64,000 nt of DNA from Macrostomum hystrix. Its lineage: Eukaryota; Animalia; Platyhelminthes. Within the stretch, counting starts at the first letter, position 1. Each line of letters starts with the position of its first letter. Positions 48,516 to 60,212 of this stretch are shown one piece after another. The stretch lies in the NCBI GenBank assembly GCA_950097015.1, contig CATNEN010000011.1, positions 1,302,001 through 1,366,000 of the forward strand, in the 5' to 3' direction. The notes beneath the pieces were generated by a model. It was not told the DNA's origin. It searched no databases and worked only from the letters and a program-made list of their open reading frames with translations. The translations under genes were made by a program, and so were the position numbers.

Positions 48516-51500
48516 GTGATATAGATAGTCCTACTACCTACATGCATAGATATGTTTCATTTTTAATGACTGTCTTTCTTGATTCGATAAACCCCAATAT
48601 TTTACTATACATAAACAAGATTTCCTTAACTTAAACCTTAGGCCTATATAATCCTATGGCTGAAGTTAAAATTAACAGCTAAAATAATAAATTGCATAGC
48701 CAACTTTGAAAACAAATATCTAGACCTAGAAAATGATAAATTTATCCTTGAAATCATATGAAATACAGATTTTAAATAATTAGCCAACTAGTAAAAAACC
48801 ACTACATAAAAGTAGTCGGCCTAGGCCTAGCCAGTATAGGCAGTCTAGTTTATTTTTAAAGCTTTAATGTTGCAGTAAATAACTGAGGTTAAAATTGTTA
48901 TATTATAGCCTAAATAATTTACACATAGATGAATATATATCTAAAGACATTATTGTACAGCCCGAGGGATTGTGGGAATTTAAATCCAAGTAGACAGCTG
49001 GCATCTAAGTAAGTCTAGGCTAGCTAGCCACCAAGGTCTAGACTCTAGTTGTAGTAATCCCTAGGATTAGTTAGCCAGGCCTAGGGGCTAGTGCTAAGCC
49101 TTGCCATTAACTAAGTGGCCTAAGCTAGCCATCCCCTAGTTGACTTGATCAAAGCATTATTTTAACTAATCAAGCAACAAGAGGATATAGCTGCTGATAT
49201 AGGAGGATACTGAACCATAACAAGTTGAGTAGCCAGTTAAGTCAATTATTATTCTTAGTCAATAATTGCTCTTAGTCTTAGGGCATAATTTACAAGTCTG
49301 AGAATTTTGTAGTAGCTTATAAGTGGCCAGCTAGTTGACATTGTGACGGACATAATTGATTCATTAGGCTCTAGTACAAGCTTGTGTGACATTTAAACTC
49401 ATGCCATAGCTTGGCTGCTAGAGACATGCTAATGGGTGCTCTAGACTTTCTAGTTCTAGCACTGACACAACAAAAAATTTGCAAAAAAGTTTTAAGAAAC
49501 TTGAAACAAAACTTTAAACTTCTAAAACTAACTACATTTCAGACAGTACAGTAACCCAGGCAATTACAACTAAACCTAATAAGCTAGCTGCCTAGGCCCC
49601 AATGTTCAAAGCTATAGATGTAATGTAGAAAGTGTAGATATGATATAGGCCTGTGTAGAAAATTTAAGCCTAGGTAAGCCTAATAGGGGTAGAGAGAAGG
49701 GTTTGGACTTTGGGACCTTGAAAGTTTACAATAACCAAAATTGTTTAAGAGTCAATATTTAAGAGTTGAGACCTAGTTAGCCTAATTCAAACAGTTTTAC
49801 TTAGGAATCTAGTCACTTAGGAAGCTGATCTTAAATAGGCCTAATTGAAACATTTATTTAGCAAAAAATATAGTAAGTAAAATGACATTTTCTTTTGAAG
49901 TGCCTGGTCTTAATTAAAGAAGACAGTCTAGGTATGACCTAACTAACTTTAGGGTCTAACTGAGCTAGCTATCTAAGGCAATATTATCTATCTGTATGGT
50001 AATGTATCATCAACCAAACAAGAATGTGTATTTTTTTACTTCAAACCTAAGCTACAGATTTTCTATTTAAGATATGATGATAAATCAAAAGCCAAGTTAT
50101 AGAAAACTGTTATATCTTTCTAAAAAGTAACTGCTTTTGCTATTTTGTGAAAAAGAAAAAAGTTGTTTTCTATCTAAAACTAAACAATGATTTTCATGTA
50201 TCTTCAAACCAAATGGAGAATTTGATGTTTGGTTTTTCAATTTAAGTGAGTGGTTTAATCTTAGGCCTATTTTAAGGAGTGAACTTTTAGGAATTATGTC
50301 ATTTGAAAGCATTTTTCATGCTCTATAAATAACTACATTTATGGTCATTTTTAAATTGAAAAGCAACCGCATAGGCCTACAATCTTAGTCTAAAGTACAT
50401 GCTGAAAAAATGTTAAAAAGTATGCTTTTGCAATAAAAATTTTTCTGAAAAGTTAATATCTTTCTTTCCTCTTAATGTTTCATTGAATGTCATGCCTCAG
50501 CTTGTAGATAATTTCTTTGAATTTCAAATTAGTTGTTCTGTGAAACATAATAGCTTGTTTCTGTCTTGCATGATACCAGGGAAGGAGGCAAAAATCTTGT
50601 TTGGTTTTGAAGATACACTGTTTGGTTGATGATACATTTTGGCAATAATCTGGGCCTCTTGAACTGTAATTCAATAAATTAGTTATAGTTTTAGTAGGTA
50701 CATAAATCTTAATCTATGTGTACAAATGTTTTTGTGGGTGCTGAGTTTACCCAAGAATAGTTTGAAAAGGCTTGAAATTCTTAAAAGTGAAACTTTTTTA
50801 AGTGGGTGCTTGAAAAAAGAAAACCATTTTGTGCCACCTACAACCACTTTCTATGGTATGGCTTCCCTATCACAGTCACAGGATGACCATACTTAGTGGC
50901 ACATTTGGAATTTTTGAAGATATTTTTTGTTGGAGAATGGCAAATAAATAGGATAGGAGTCAAAGGTACCTATTGAAGATTACTCATATATAATTTCATG
51001 GCCTTTAGCCTTAAGGCTTTTGCAGGGACCCCAATAAATAGGAATACCACACTAGGTGGGAAATGGTGATTGAAGGTTTTTCGGTCAGGTAAATTCTGTG
51101 TGAATAACAAATAGGATTTGATTTCCTAGGATTTGAATAGAGACACGGGGACTTATTGAAGATTAATTACTAATTAGCAGTGAGCCAGGGCCTAACTGCC
51201 TACACCCTAAGGACTGTGGGCATCCAAATATATACTCTGGATCAGTCACCATGACAATGATGAGAAATGAAAGCAACAACTACATTCGAAAATAAAGTTC
51301 GAATTCAAGAATCTATTTGTAGTAAAAATACGTATTAATTTTAATGCCATTGTTAAAACTATACAATTAAAAAAACATAACTTAAAACTAATTAAAGACG
51401 ATACTCAATGCTTTGATTAATAATTAGCCCCCACGCGTATTACAAAGTTCAAATTTTATATAAATTAAGATATTACACTTTCTTGTTACACTACATGATT

Positions 51501-53300
51501 ATTTTCACGTACTCTCGATTGAAAAATCGCGGGAATTAGTTTTTGTTGCTTTTCTATTTAAAACAAACACTACATTCTTCTTGATAAAGTGTGCATTTTC
51601 ATTTACTAGGCCGATTTCAAAAGTATTTTATTTTTGTCTATGTTTATTTTGCAAGTTATAAATACTGGCCTAACGGATCTTTTGCCTAATCTACCTAAAG
51701 CGATAATGCAATATTTAGAGTCGTTACTAAAATCTAAACTAAACTTAAAATATTTATTGATACAACTGGTAAGTCGAAAAAGTAAAAAAACGCTTATTAC
51801 AGTTGCTCAGACAGACACTCACGCATCTTAAAATTTCCCAAATTCTTCGCAACCGTCTTCACCTCATTGATTCACGGGTCAAATCGCATCATCAATTACG
51901 AATCGATAAAAATAGCCTCTAATGATACAAGAAACATCTCTTTAGGAAGTCTTCAATACACTACTAGATCAAAAATCTAATTCTAAGAGTCGAAGTTTGT
52001 AAACTGTAAACATTTTTTTGTTTTTTATTGTGTGCAGGTAACATTTTTTCACGATTTGAATATGCGAGGTCGAGACTGAAAGTGAGCGGTGAAAAACAGA
52101 TGCACACAATAGCCTCAGTCCCAAAAACATATTCTCTGCATCACTATTTAAGAGGCTTGAATCACCATATGAGTTCGAATATCTTCCGGTTTTAAGTTGG
52201 AAATACGTTCGCGTTTAGCTCCTAAAGTTAAAATGCCGGTGTTGCTAGCTTTGTAGCTCGTATTTCAAACTTTTTACTCATTGTGGAAACTCTAGTTTTG
52301 TATTGAACTTTAGTTATAAAATATAGTTATAAAATAATCACTATGTCCAGTGAGCATTAAAAACGAAATTAGTTTCGATTGTGGCGTTATGAGTGTCTTA
52401 TTTGCATTTGTTTAGAAAAATTTAGCTTCGTGGCAAGTTTATTTAATATGCGTTTCTTGCGTCTAAAGTAAATTGAAAGTACTTTATGTAAAAAATGTCC
52501 GGTAAATCCATCAAGCAGGCGCAGCTTTTATTGCGAATCTGCAAAGTTTTAAAAAATAAGGAAAAATAAAATTCTAGTGTTCCACCCAGATGGCATTATG
52601 TAAGATATTCGATATATTAATCCTAAAAAGTGGCCCTAAGATAAGCCACTAATAATTCACTAGCCGAGATTTTTGGCCGAATAAATATAGAAGTCTTTTT
52701 ATTTGATGCTGCTTCAGCTGCAGCAGCAGCAGCAATTTTCCTTTCACAGTTTGTCTGTCATTCTCTTATAAAAAGATTCTCGTTGTGTCATTAAATTATC
52801 CATGCATGATACAGTCGGCTGCAGTGTTATATCGAAAGAAAATTGCGTGCTACACACTGATGCTTTCTAGGAAAGGCCTAATTGCAATCTTGTTCTTCGA
52901 ACTATTATAATTCTGTGCAACAATGGCGTAGCGAACACGCAAAGCTGATTGGTAAAGTATAGTCAAAGCCCTCCTGACTTGAGCATCATGAGTTTGATGA
53001 ATATCTGAATTTGAATCTGATTTAAAACAGGAATCAATTGGAAAATAAACAATGCGTTGATCACCGAAGCGGAATTTATTGAATAAATAATTCAATTCAA
53101 ATTCTAGATAAAGGATCTAGTGACTGATTTTATAACAAAAATTTGAAACTAGTTTCATTGCGCATGAAGCCTCCAGAAAATCTAAAAGCAAAATATAGCC
53201 ACAATGATTCTAAAGAAAATAATTAACGCGATTTCAGTGCAGGCTTATGTAAAAGAACGTCAGAGACAGATCATCAGCTATGCAACAGTTCTGTTGTTCC

Positions 53301-53590
53301 TGAACGTTAGACAGAAGTGTTTGAACATGTTAGACAGAAGTGTTTGAACATGTTAGACAGAAGTGTTTGAACATGTTAGACAGAAGTGTTTGAACATGTT
53401 AGACAGAAGTGTTTGAACATGTAATTAGACAGAAGTGTTTGAACATGTTAGACAGAAGTGTTTGAACATGTTAGACAGAAGTGTTTGAACATGTTAGACA
53501 GAAGTGTTTGAACATGTTAGACAGAAGTGTTTGAACATGTTAGACAGAAGAGTTTGAACATGTTAGACAGAAGTGTTTAACATGTTAGAC
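53301..53590. repeat. 23-bp minisatellite (GTTAGACAGAAGTGTTTGAACAT) downstream of the GPCR stop
   Basis: About 12 near-identical copies. Confidence 0.95.
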
Positions 53591-53728
53591 GGACTGCTTG
53601 CGCATTTACAGTATTACAAATAACTCAGAAGCTGCTAGAACGGTACACGGTCTGAACATAAAATAAACAACAAGGCTAGATATTTTAATCGTAAATGTAC
53701 TTTATTTACAAGTCAATTAATCAGCCAA

Positions 53729-54117
53729 TCAGTTCTGCTCTGCAATAGTATCCAAAATTTGAGCTTGAGTTGTTGTTTGCACTGCATGCGACTGTGCGCT
53801 CTGCTTTCGCATTGTCGTCTGCTGCAGTCGATGCTTCGGTCTCCAGATTTCACCGTGAATCGAACTCCGAACCGCAGTGGCAGAAAATCCGGCGGTGCTG
53901 GACGATCCGGTGGCTAGGCGGGAATGAGCTCGCGACCTCTGATTGTTGGCTGCGCTATTGTGACGCAATCGGCAGGTGAGAATGCGAACGAATGCGCGAC
54001 GAAAGTCCCGATTCCAGCATGCGTAAATTACCGGATTGCACAGCGAGTTGCAATAGCCGAGCCAGAATACGATTTTGAAAGCCATCTCTGGTATGTCGCA
54101 GGATTTGCAGATCCATT
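53729..54117 (-). CDS. Aminergic GPCR exon 3 (ECL3, TM7, C-tail)
   Basis: [34 protein letters not shown]; T-tract TAG acceptor at 54120-54118, phase 1. Confidence 0.93.
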
Positions 54118-54149
54118 CTAAAAAAAATTTAGTCGGAGTTTCTTTTGTT

Positions 54150-54475
54150 GTTGTTGCTATTTTTAGAATACAAGCACATGGTGTTTCCATTGGTCACAGA
54201 GGTTAGGCCTATGGAGTTGTCGCTATTTTTAGAATAGTGGCCGATCGAGGGGTGGGTTGCGACTCCCCGTATTTCTATTGGTCAGAGATGTTGGGGTTGT
54301 CGCTATTTTTAGAGTAATGATGGAGGGGTGAATTGCCACTCCCCGTGTTTCTTTATTGGTCACTGAGGTTATAGGGTTTTTGCTATTTTTAGAATAGTGG
54401 CGAAGGATGGGTTGCGCGACTTCCCGCGTTTCTATTGGTCACAGAGGTTGGGGTTGTTTTTTAGAACAGTGGCGT
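54150..54475. repeat. About 4 copies of a 66-80-bp repeat in GPCR intron 2, each with CTATTTTTAG and ATTGG
   Basis: CTATTTTTAG at 54157, 54223, 54303 and 54383. Confidence 0.85.
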
Positions 54476-54542
54476 TGAGTGACCGATTCGTCAGTTATAC
54501 GAGCTATAGTATAGGTTTCTATTGAGTCATTCTATAACTTAC

Positions 54543-54650
54543 TGAGCGGATAAAGAAGGAAGAACGGCAGCCAACAGCCGATGAACACGCCAACAACAAT
54601 GCCAAGAGTCTTGGCTGCCTTCTTTTCGCGTCGAAATTTTGCCAGCTTGC
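54543..54650 (-). CDS. Aminergic GPCR exon 2 (end of ICL3 and TM6)
   Basis: [32 protein letters not shown]; CCGCAG acceptor and A|GTAAGT donor, both phase 1. Confidence 0.95.
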
Positions 54651-54769
54651 CTGCGGTAACGGAAGAGAAACGCACATTGAATTTGATAATGGGCGAGGAC
54701 CAAATAGGATTTAAATTTATTTGCAATTGAAGACTTGATAAAGGTTTTGTCAAAGTTAATTAATAAGGA

Positions 54770-55585
54770 TCTAAGGAATTAAAGGGGATCTAAGAAATAA
54801 GAGGGGATCTCAGGAATGACAGGGGATCTAAGAAATGAGAGAGGATCTAGGGAAAAAGAGTGGATCTAAGGAAAAATGAGAGAGGATCTAAGGAATGAGA
54901 GGGAACTTGAGGAATGAGTGGGGATCTAAGAAATGAGAGGGGATCTACGGAATGAGAGGGGATCTAAATGAAATGAGAGGGGATCTAAATGGATTGAGAG
55001 AGGATCTACGGAATGAGAGGGGATCTAAATGAAATGAGAGGGGATCGAAGGAATGAGAGGGGATCAGAGGAATGAGAGGGGATCAGAGGAATGAGTGGGG
55101 ATCTAGGGATTGAGAGGGGATTTAGGGAATGAGAGGGGATTTAGGGAATGAGAGGGATCTAGGGAACGAGAGGGATCTAGGGAATGAGAGGGATCTAGGG
55201 AATGAGAGGGATCTAGGGAATGAGAGGGATCTAGGGAATGAGAGGGATCTAGGGAATGAGAGGGATCTAGGGAATGAGAGGGATCTAGGGAATGAGAGGG
55301 ATCTAGGGAATTAGAGGGATCTAAGGAGCGAGAGGGATCTAGGGAATGAGAAGGGATTTAGGGAATGAGAGGGCATGTAGGAAATGAGAGGGGATTTAGG
55401 GAATGAGAGGGGATTTAGGGGATGAGAGGGGATCTAGGGAATGAGAGGGGATCTAGGGAATGAGAGGGGATTTAGGGAATGAGAGGGGATTTAGGGAATG
55501 AGAGGGATCTAGGGAATGAGAGGGGATTTAGGGAATGAGAGGGGATTTAGGGAATGAGAGGGGATCTAAGGAATGAGAGGGGTTC
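54770..55585. repeat. 18-19-bp purine-rich minisatellite (GGGAATGAGAGGGATCTA)
   Basis: Direct periodicity. Confidence 0.95.
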
Positions 55586-56461
55586 TAAATAATTAAAAAG
55601 GATCAAAGTATCGCTTGTTTGTAGAAAATCTTTCACAGGCAAAAGCAACTGACAATAGTTTTGCATAGCGTCTCGCCCCGGCACCCTTAGCTGTACTCGA
55701 ATATGCAAAACAAGCCTAAATGAGGTTAGCTACGTCAAAGCATTGTAATCAGAAATTAAGTTATTACGCCGGTAAATAGAATGTTTTGAACAGCAGTCTT
55801 TTAGTGTAACAAAAAGCGCGCGAAATTAAAATTCAAGTTTCGATAAAAAGCACGAGTGCTAAAAATTAGTAAGAATTTAGTGTGAAATCTTATTAATAAA
55901 GGTTTGGAAAGTTCAATTATTGCAGCAATGAGTAATTGAATAGACAGTATTCTAAATATAAGCAGTTGACAAGCTGTAGTTAAAGAATAAAACCAATTTA
56001 AACTTACTATGAACCGCAGCTCGAACAGTCAAAATATCTGAGTGCATTGTCTCTAAAAATTGCGTAGTAAAACAGAAAAAACATATTTCTACGAGTATAT
56101 CTATCGAAAAAAGTTTTTTTTTCGTTTAAATTATTCACAATTCGCAGGCGTGAAGTAAGCATAACAATATAACTGTTGAAGTTAATGAGCTGAAGCCCAG
56201 TAGGTAGGTAAAAGTACAGTAAACGTCTTCACTTTTTAGGAAAATATTCAGTCTGCTTTGAAAATGCATTGTCAACTAAAACTGTTCCTGAGTTTAAACT
56301 GTTCTCAGAGTGAACAAGTTCCTTCAGCTACGTAAGGTAAACTACAAGTCTGAAATAGGAATTTTACTGGACAGAAACTTCTGAATTACTCTAAAAAACA
56401 CTTTGTGGACAAAAAGCATGCTTCACAAAATCGAAATAAGGCATATGAGAAAAGTTCTCAA

Positions 56462-57170
56462 CATCCGAAACTTCCAATAAAATCCCGAATATTCCACTGC
56501 ATTCCAGAAACTTCCACTGAAATCCCGAATCTTCCACTGAAATCCCGAAACCTCCTCTGAAATCCCGAAACTTCCACTGAAATCCCGAAACCTCCTCCGA
56601 AATCACCAAACTTCCACTGAAATCCCGAATCTTCCACTGAAATCCCGAAACTTCCACTGAAATCCCGAATCTTCCACTGAAATCCCGAAACTTCCACTGA
56701 AATCCCGAATCTTCCACTAAAATCCCGAATCTTCCACTGAAATCCCGAAACTTCCTCCGAAATCCCCAAACTTCCACTGAAATCCCGAATCTTCCACTGA
56801 AATCCCGAAACTTCCACTGAATTCCCGAAACTTCCTCCGAAATCCCCAAACTTCCACTGAAATCCCCAAACTTCCACTGAAATCCCGAAACTTCCTCCGA
56901 AATCACCAAACTTCCACTGAAATCCCGAAACTTCCACTGAAATCCCGAAACTTCCACTGAAATCCCGAAACTTCCACTGAAATCCCGAAACTTCCACTGA
57001 ATTCCCGAAACTTCCTCCGAAATCCCGAATCTTCCACTGAAATCCCGAAACTTCCACGAAACTTCCACTGAAATCCCGAAACTTCCACGAAACTTCCACT
57101 GAAATCCCGAAACTTCCACTGATTTCCTGAAACTTCCACTGAAATTTCGGAACTTCCACAGAATTACTGA
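56462..57170. repeat. 20-bp minisatellite (AAATCCCGAAACTTCCACTG)
   Basis: Direct periodicity. Confidence 0.95.
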
Positions 57171-57602
57171 AGTTTTCAAGTAGAAAATTCTTCTTAAAAC
57201 TACTGGAAAGCTTTTATAAAAAACTAAAATTCAGAAAAATCACCCACAATTCACCAAAGACCCGAAACTGTCGCTCTAAATTAACTGATTAAGCAATTAT
57301 CTAAATTTGTAAATAAAACCGTTTTTTGAATTTCATTTTGCTCTTTTGTTAATTAAGAAAGTCTTCCGTATAGATTCAAAGAAATATACTCGAGTTTTAC
57401 AATCTTAGCTCTTAAAAGTGCACTGGATATGTTTGTACAATGTGTCTGCGGTAGTCAAATGCAAATTAAATAAATTTGGTCGTTTCAAATCACTAAACTA
57501 AATAACGACAAGCAACTGCAACGATGCAATGAGCGAAACAATCGGTTCTTGTAAATCAGATGATCAAATTTTCTTATAAAACACGGACCTTTCAATTTCA
57601 CA

Positions 57603-58290
57603 AACAGGCTGATAAGATGGGGCAGAAACAAGCTGATAAGATGGGGCAGAAACAGGCTGATAAAATATCGGAGAAACAGGCAGATACGATATGGGAGAAA
57701 CAGGCAGATAAGATATGGGAGAAACAGGCTGATAAGATATGGGAGAAACAGGCTGATAAGATATGGGAGAAACAGGCTGATAAGATATGGGAGAAACAGG
57801 CAGATACGATATGGGAGAAACAGGCTGATAAGATATGGGAGAAACAGGCTGATAAGATATGGGAGAAACGGGCAGATACGATATGGGAGAAACAGGCAAA
57901 TACGATATTGGAGAAACAGGCTGATAAGATGGGGCAGAAACAGACAGATAAGATAGGGGGAGAAACAGCAGATAAGATATAGGAGAAACAGGCTGATAAG
58001 ATGGGGCAGAAACAGACAGATAAGATAGGGGGAGAAACAGCAGATAAGATATGAGAGAAACAGGCTGATGCGATATGGGAGAAACAGCCAGATACGATAT
58101 GGGAGGAACAGGCAGATAAGATATGGGAGAAACAGGCTGATAAGATATGGGAGAAACAGGCTGATAAGATATGGGAGAAACAGGCAGATAAGATATGGGA
58201 GAAACAGGCAGATAAGATATGGGAGAAACAGATTAAACAGGGAGAGACATGAAGATTAGGGGGAGAAACAGGCAGATTAGAGGGGATAAT
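57603..58290. repeat. 24-bp minisatellite (GATAAGATATGGGAGAAACAGGCT)
   Basis: Direct periodicity. Confidence 0.95.
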
Positions 58291-59183
58291 CATACAAGTT
58301 ATTTGTTAGTTAAGACAATATTGTCGCATGGAGACTGCTATCTGGAAGATCCCGCATACTTATATCATTGGAAAACTGCCACCAACTATTTATTGATGTT
58401 CTGTCGACGCTAGAGAAAAACGTCGATGCTCCTCTGAAGATAGACACGAAAAAACTTTTTGCTCAACTTTTTTTTATCAAGAAACGCTGATAGAGTTAGT
58501 AAATAAAGTACATACGGGACTTCAATTTAGTAACGTGTGTACTTTTAAAAACAATCTGCCATACTAGCTCTGGCTTTATAGGAACTCATAGCCTAGTAAA
58601 CTCGTTTGGGAAATCTTCTTTTTAAAAAAAATAAGATGCTGCAAGACGAAGTCAATTTCTAGAATTAATCTCTTCCCTGCTCTCTCTCCCCCTCTCTCAT
58701 TTTATTTAACGTTGCCCCAAACTGTGTAGACAAAGAAAGAGAAAGTTGCTTTGAGGCGCAGTTACTGGAGAATTTTTTTAAGGCAGTCAAAGCTACTTAA
58801 AGCTTTATTTATTTTCCGTGTTTTTTTCCATAGGGGATTACAGATTATTGCTACTTTAGAAGGATTACCTGCCATAAAATATAATTTATATCCGTTAGAT
58901 GGTCCGAATGGAGATTACTGTATTAACTTCTCCCTGGTTTCTCATTTCACGCGCCCTCTTAATGTACTCTCTCCTCTCTCCCCCTGCCTGTTCAATTTAT
59001 TTATTAGCCTTATCTTCTCTCTCGGCTCTGATTGGCTCTCACCTCGTCTCTCTTTCCTTCCCCTGCGTTTCTTCTCTTACCTCTGGCCAGTCCGCGCACA
59101 TGTTACCCTTCTAACCAACCCCCCTTCCTTATCGCTCTGTTAAACTTAAATATATTTTGACTCTCGGCCTGAATTGGCTCACT

Positions 59184-59228
59184 GCCGTATGAACGGGCTC
59201 TTACTGCGAGGACTCAATTTGTTGCATA
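59184..59228 (+). ncRNA. Flatworm spliced-leader (SL)-like sequence; probable SL RNA pseudogene or variant
   Basis: GCCGTATGAACGGGCTCTTACTGCGAGGACTCAATTTGTTGCATA closely resembles the Macrostomum SL exon as I recall it (CCGTAAAGACGGTCTCTTACTGCGAAGACTCAATTTATTGCATG) and the Schistosoma SL 3' end (ATTTGTTGCATG). It lacks the terminal ATG|GT. The comparison is from memory, not a search. Confidence 0.65.
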
Positions 59229-59315
59229 AGAAATCGTTACAATTACTATAATATTAGTGCTTACTATAATTTATTAAATAAAAATAGTTATAATTGATCA
59301 TATGTATGTTCGTAT

Positions 59316-59432
59316 GTTCAGTCCATGGACTGGGGGACGCCCTAACTGATTACCCTAGCTGATGCTAAGTGTCTTGCTGAAGAACAAAAATTGTTTAAGT
59401 GGAGTCGAAAATCGAACCCGCGACCTTCAAGC
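59316..59432 (-). mobile_element. Truncated, diverged CORE-SINE fragment
   Basis: GTTCAGTCCATGGACTGGGGGACGCC, AAGTGTCTTGCT and a reverse B box AATCGAACCC. Confidence 0.75.
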
Positions 59433-59759
59433 GAATGCGAATGAACTGCACCCTCCATATGACTTTCTATGAATGAACTGCGTCAAATTTCAAAAGACAA
59501 TCGAATCCAAAAGCAGACAAGCACGGAACCAACTCTTATTTGCTTGCGTGAGTTGGAAAACCTGCCAAGTGTGATTTTCTAATATCCGCTTTACGGGACA
59601 AAGAGTGAAAGTGTTATTAACTTCATAGGTAGCTATAGTGGAGTTCACAATGATCTGTATAAAGCGGTGCAATTTAAAAAAAGGGCATGCTTTTATTCAA
59701 AAATTGCTGCCTGATTTTAAAGGATTTTTCTGACGCAGTATAAATTATGGGATTCTAGG

Positions 59760-60160
59760 AGTGTTTCACAATGTTTCACAATATTTCACTATGTTCCCAT
59801 AATGGGATTATTCAATTGTTTCACAGTATCCCATTATGGGATTCAATTCAACGATTGTTTCACAATATCCCATTATGGGACTCTACGAACGTCTCACAAT
59901 ATCCCATTATCGGATTCTACGAATGTCTCACAATATCCCATTATGGGATTCTTCAATTGTTTCACAATATCCCATTATGGGATTCTTCGATTGCTTCACA
60001 ATATCCCAATATGAGAATAAATAATTTTTCCTCATATAAAATAACGAGATTATGCGATTATAAAAAAATCCCACGATTATCGAGACTAAACGATACTTTC
60101 ACAATATCACCAAAGGGATTAGACGATAATTTCAGAATATCCCATTATGGTACATCCTAT
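59760..60160. repeat. About 33-bp degenerate minisatellite with the palindrome ATCCCAT-T-ATGGGAT, beside the GPCR exon 1 donor
   Basis: Repeated TTTCACAATATCCCATTATGGGATT. Confidence 0.88.
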
Positions 60161-60212
60161 CAATAAATTATGCTTTGAAATGGGATAAAATCATTCTAGT
60201 ACTGATCCTCAC

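Noticed and set aside
53301-53590. CRISPR-like appearance of short repeat arrays
   Set aside because: The units are head-to-tail with no unique spacers, there are no cas genes and the context is eukaryotic.
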